Part shown: positions 60,370 through 64,000 of the stretch, one piece after another
Layout: every line of letters begins with the position of its first letter
Numbering within the stretch: the stretch's first letter is position 1
Assembly: GCF_006345805.1 (NCBI RefSeq)
Contig: NC_043009.1
Location: 62,186,001-62,250,000 of the forward strand
DNA: 64,000 nt
From: Octopus sinensis
Lineage: Eukaryota
Direction: 5' to 3'
Made by a program: the position numbers and the translations under genes
Notes under the pieces: generated by a model
What the model was told of the DNA's origin: nothing
What the model saw: only the letters and a program-made list of their open reading frames with translations
The model's database searches: none

Positions 60370-60685
60370 GTGGAGGCGCAATGGCCTAGTGGTTAGGGCA
60401 GCGGACTCGCGGTCGCAGGATCGCGGTTTCGATTCCCAGACCGGGCGTTGTGAGTGTTTATTGAGCGAAAACACCTAAAAAAAAAGCTCCACGTGGCTCC
60501 GGCAGGGTGATGGTGGTGATCCCTGCTGTACTCTTTCACCACTCTTTCTCCCACTCTTTCTTCTGTTGGCCTGCTCGCTTAGCCAGCGGGGTGGCGTCAT
60601 TCGAAGGCTAAAACAATGCGAACGCATTGTGACCAGCGATGTGTAACAATATCTGATGGTCTGGTCGGTCACGTGATCACGTGAT
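60370..60685 (+). mobile_element. SINE family S3
   Basis: GGAGGCGCAATGGCCTAGTGGTTAGGGCAGCGGACTCGCGGTCGC. Confidence 0.88.
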
Positions 60686-61801
60686 ATGTATATATATAGA
60701 TATGCATATGTATATACGTGTGTGTATATGTATATAAGTGTGTGTATTTTTTATACACACATATAATTGTGTACGTGTATTTATATGTATATATTTTCAT
60801 ATATACCTGTATTTGTTTGTGTATGTAGGTGCATGTATGTTTAGTCTGAGTGTATACGTATATTTATGTATGTATATATATATGTGTGTGTATATGTATG
60901 TATATATGTATATGTACGTGTATGTATATATGTGCGTATACAGATCTCTTATACACATATATGTTTATGTACCTATGTGTGTATATGTATATGTTTTTGC
61001 ATATATACATCCATTTGTATCGCGTGTAGGTGAATGTAAGTAGGTTTGAGTGTATACGCATGTTTTTTGTCTGTGTATATATATGCATGTGTAGATGTAT
61101 ACGTGTGCATTCCCCAAGAATAATTTTTTCCCTAAATATACATATAGCATTATCTCCCTTCTACTATAGCTCTCTGACGCGAGAATAAATTTTTTCAACA
61201 AATCCCTCTTATTACGGTAGCATGTACTTTTCTTTTTTCTCTCTCAATTCTTAATATTAACAACTATACCTTTTTTCTTACAAATAGTATTATATATATA
61301 TAATACTATCTTACCGTAATATTATATCCTGTCACTATAATATTTACCCCAATCTTTCTTTCCTACCTTTCGATTTTCTAGTAACTTATTTTAAACCACA
61401 CCAATCTGCCTAAACCTCTTGTCCTACATACTCTTCTTTTAGTAAACTATTTCCTTTTTAATTTTTCTCACCATTTTCATTGCACACCACCCATAACTGT
61501 CAATACACAATGAAATTTAAATATAGCTATCGTATCCCACAAAACGCTTATTATTATTATTATTTATTTGTATTCAAATGTATATACGGGTAAGTGTAGA
61601 CACTTTTATGTGCGAGCGCATGCATTCATGCGTATTAGATGCGTGTGTGAACTTTTGTTATATATTTTTTGTCTTCGATCTTTCCTACTTATATTTAAAA
61701 ATATCCGTCGGCCCAAACAGTTCTCATTCTTACACAGAATATCCGATCGACTTATCCGACACAAACTCTCTGTACTTTCCTTATAAAATTATTTTGTCAA
61801 C

Positions 61802-61960
61802 ACGCAGGAGTGGCTGTGTGGTAAGTAGCTTGTTTACCAACCACATGGTTCCGGGTTCAGTCCCACTGCGTGTTTTGGGCAAGTGTCTTCTACTATAGCC
61901 TCGGGCCGACCAAAGCCTTGTGAGTGGATTTGGTAGACGAGAACTGAAAGAAGCCCGTCG

Positions 61961-62038
<78 letters not shown>

Positions 62039-62285
62039 TGTGTGTGTTTGTGCGTCTGTATTTGTCCCTCTAGCATTGCTTGACAACCGATGCTGGTGTG
62101 TTTATGTCCCCGTTACTTAGCGGTTCGGCAAAAGAGACCGATAGAATAAGTACTGGGCTTACATAAAAATAACTCTCGGGGTCGAGTTGCTCGATTAAAG
62201 GCGGTGCTCCAGCATGGCCGCAGTCAAATGACTGAAACAAGTAAAGGAGTAAAGAGTAAAGAGTATACCTTTTTTGCTGTTTTCT
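61802..62285 (+). mobile_element. SINE family S2, full length
   Basis: Canonical head, internal (TA)n, GAGTAAA tail. Confidence 0.9.
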
Positions 62286-62542
62286 TCATCTTTTGCACTG
62301 AGGAGAATGGTAATACGTAATTAAACTAATTTCATTTAATTATTATCATAATCAATTTAATTTTCCCATGTTTCTTACATGTTGGTATTATCATTCGAAA
62401 CGATCGTATGCATGGATTAAAACTTTATAAAAACTTTTTTAACATCTTCTATTCTCCATTTCTCAACTGTTCTTGAGTTTATATAGGATTACATCCTATA
62501 ATTGCTCGTAACACATTTTTACTTGTTATATATATATACACA

Positions 62543-62930
62543 CAGGGAGGGGTTGGACAAAATAATGAAAACACCTTAAAATTTCAAACAAATTTATTTT
62601 AATATAGGGCAGGACCGACTTTGCCAGTAATTACATCTTAAATTCTACGAGATATGGACTCGTACAATGTTTGAATTGTTTCAAAAGGAATTTTTGTCCA
62701 TTCTACAGCTAAAACTGTCTCCAGTTCTTGTAGTGATGATGATGGGTGTTATCGAACCCTTACTTGTTTTTTTTTTAAATGCATCATAAATGTTCAATAA
62801 TTTTGAGATCTGGGGACTGTGGTGGCCAGATAAGATGTTCAACTTCACTAGAATGTTCCTCGTGCCATTCAGTAACAACTTTAGCAGTGTGAATTGGTGC
62901 ATTATCATTCTGAAAATTGTGAAGTAAAAC
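62543..62930 (-). mobile_element. Tc1-like 3' fragment with TIR
   Basis: Minus FQNDNAPIHTAKVVTEW..WPPQSPDLKIIEHL; terminus CAGGGAGGGGTTGGACAAAATAATG. Confidence 0.8.
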
Positions 62931-63189
62931 ATTTATGCGAATGGAAAAAATTTGAGATATTTGTAAAAATAAAGTAAAATTAGGACTCGAGTTTCGGGTT
63001 AAACCTGGTTAACCATATAAGACAGTTGGATTGCTGATAATTAAAGATGGTTGCTTCTTTATTACCCACAGGGTGGGGAGAAAATATGGAAGATGTAAGT
63101 TATGTACAAAGGAAGCAATCAGTATACTTCGTACAGACAAGAAATTTTTGATAAAATATTCGACGTTATAATTGCATTGCATCCGTAGT

Positions 63190-63590
63190 GAGTGAACATT
63201 GAGAAATTCAATAAGAAATAAGGTTCACATAACGTTATACGTGAACCATTAGTTCTGAGGGAGAAAGTAATTTTGCCTCTATTGCATATCAAATTAGGCT
63301 TTAACAAACAGTTTGTTAAGAAGTTAAATCTAGAAGAGCCACCATTTTTTGTACTTGAAAACTAAGCTTACCAAAGTAAGCCATGCGAAAATCAAAGAAG
63401 GAGTGTTTGTCGGTCCTCAAATTCGGCAACTTTTGACAGACGATAATTTTGAAAACACCTTAAATGTATTGGAATTGGATGCATGGCAAAGTTTCAGCTA
63501 ACCATGAAGTACTTATAGAAAAGTTGATTGATTTGTACCAATCGTTAGGGTGTAATATGTCGTTAAAAGTTCACTATTTGCATTCGTATC
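63190..63590 (+). pseudogene. Second Chapaev3-type transposase fragment
   Basis: EPLVLREKVILPLLHIKLG..KQFVK..AKIKEGVFVGPQIRQLL..MSLKVHYLH. Confidence 0.8.
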
Positions 63591-63614
63591 TAGCTAAGTG
63601 ATTATTATTACCAT

Positions 63615-63960
63615 AATAATAATCACTTCACCTGTGCTTCGAAGAACTTAATCTATATTCTCAAATGTGGAGGGTGTGGTGGAAACTACATAGGTCAAAC
63701 TAATTTAACCTTGAGGGACAGACTAACGGTGCACAGGTAAAAAATCCGGGACCCCACGACTAGGAAAATTCCCGTAAGCAAACCCCAATACCAATGGCCC
63801 ATAAACATAAACCCGAAATACCAAATTTTCCCTCTCTGTCAATGCACCTGAAACACTTCAGCCCAATTGCGTTTAAATAAGGAAAGCGTACTCATCAAAA
63901 ATATAGACAACAGTTTAATATCGTTTAGAAGAGTCAATTTCTCCACACACAAAGAAAACA
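63615..63960 (+). pseudogene. Penelope-like GIY-YIG endonuclease fragment
   Basis: FTCASKNLIYILKCGGCGGNYIGQTNLTLRDRLTVH, then stops. Confidence 0.8.
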
Positions 63961-64000
63961 ACAACCAGGAGCAATAGACAATTTTAAAAACTTTAAAACC

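Overview
AT-rich, microsatellite-dense eukaryotic genomic DNA, most likely a cephalopod (Octopus-type). That assignment is inferred from the SINE families and (TA)n/(CA)n/(TACA)n/(AAT)n load, not database-checked. There is one 100-N assembly gap at 31763-31862. The only convincing host coding sequence is a minus-strand terminal exon (9026-9840) encoding an aerolysin/ETX-MTX2-like beta-pore-forming protein. A candidate 4-codon first exon lies at 12863-12935, and a ~600-bp near-perfect foldback starts 24 nt past the stop. Nearly everything else is mobile DNA. DNA transposon relics include piggyBac, Chapaev3 (two), hAT MITE, mariner and Tc1. Non-LTR retrotransposon relics include Tx1/L1, CR1 and RLE (R4/Dong-like), the last forming a 2.34-kb tandem array in (AAT)n. 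There are also Penelope-like GIY-YIG elements and about 25 copies of three tRNA-derived SINE families, including a head-to-tail array. By eye, about a dozen minimal type-I hammerhead ribozyme motifs from several unrelated short-element families are present. One is fully canonical (58950-58994) inside a 354-bp retrozyme-like unit, and one family carries a fixed non-canonical CUGU(C/U)GA core. No rRNA, true tRNA or CRISPR is supported. All pairings and family assignments were made by eye; no folding or database search was run.
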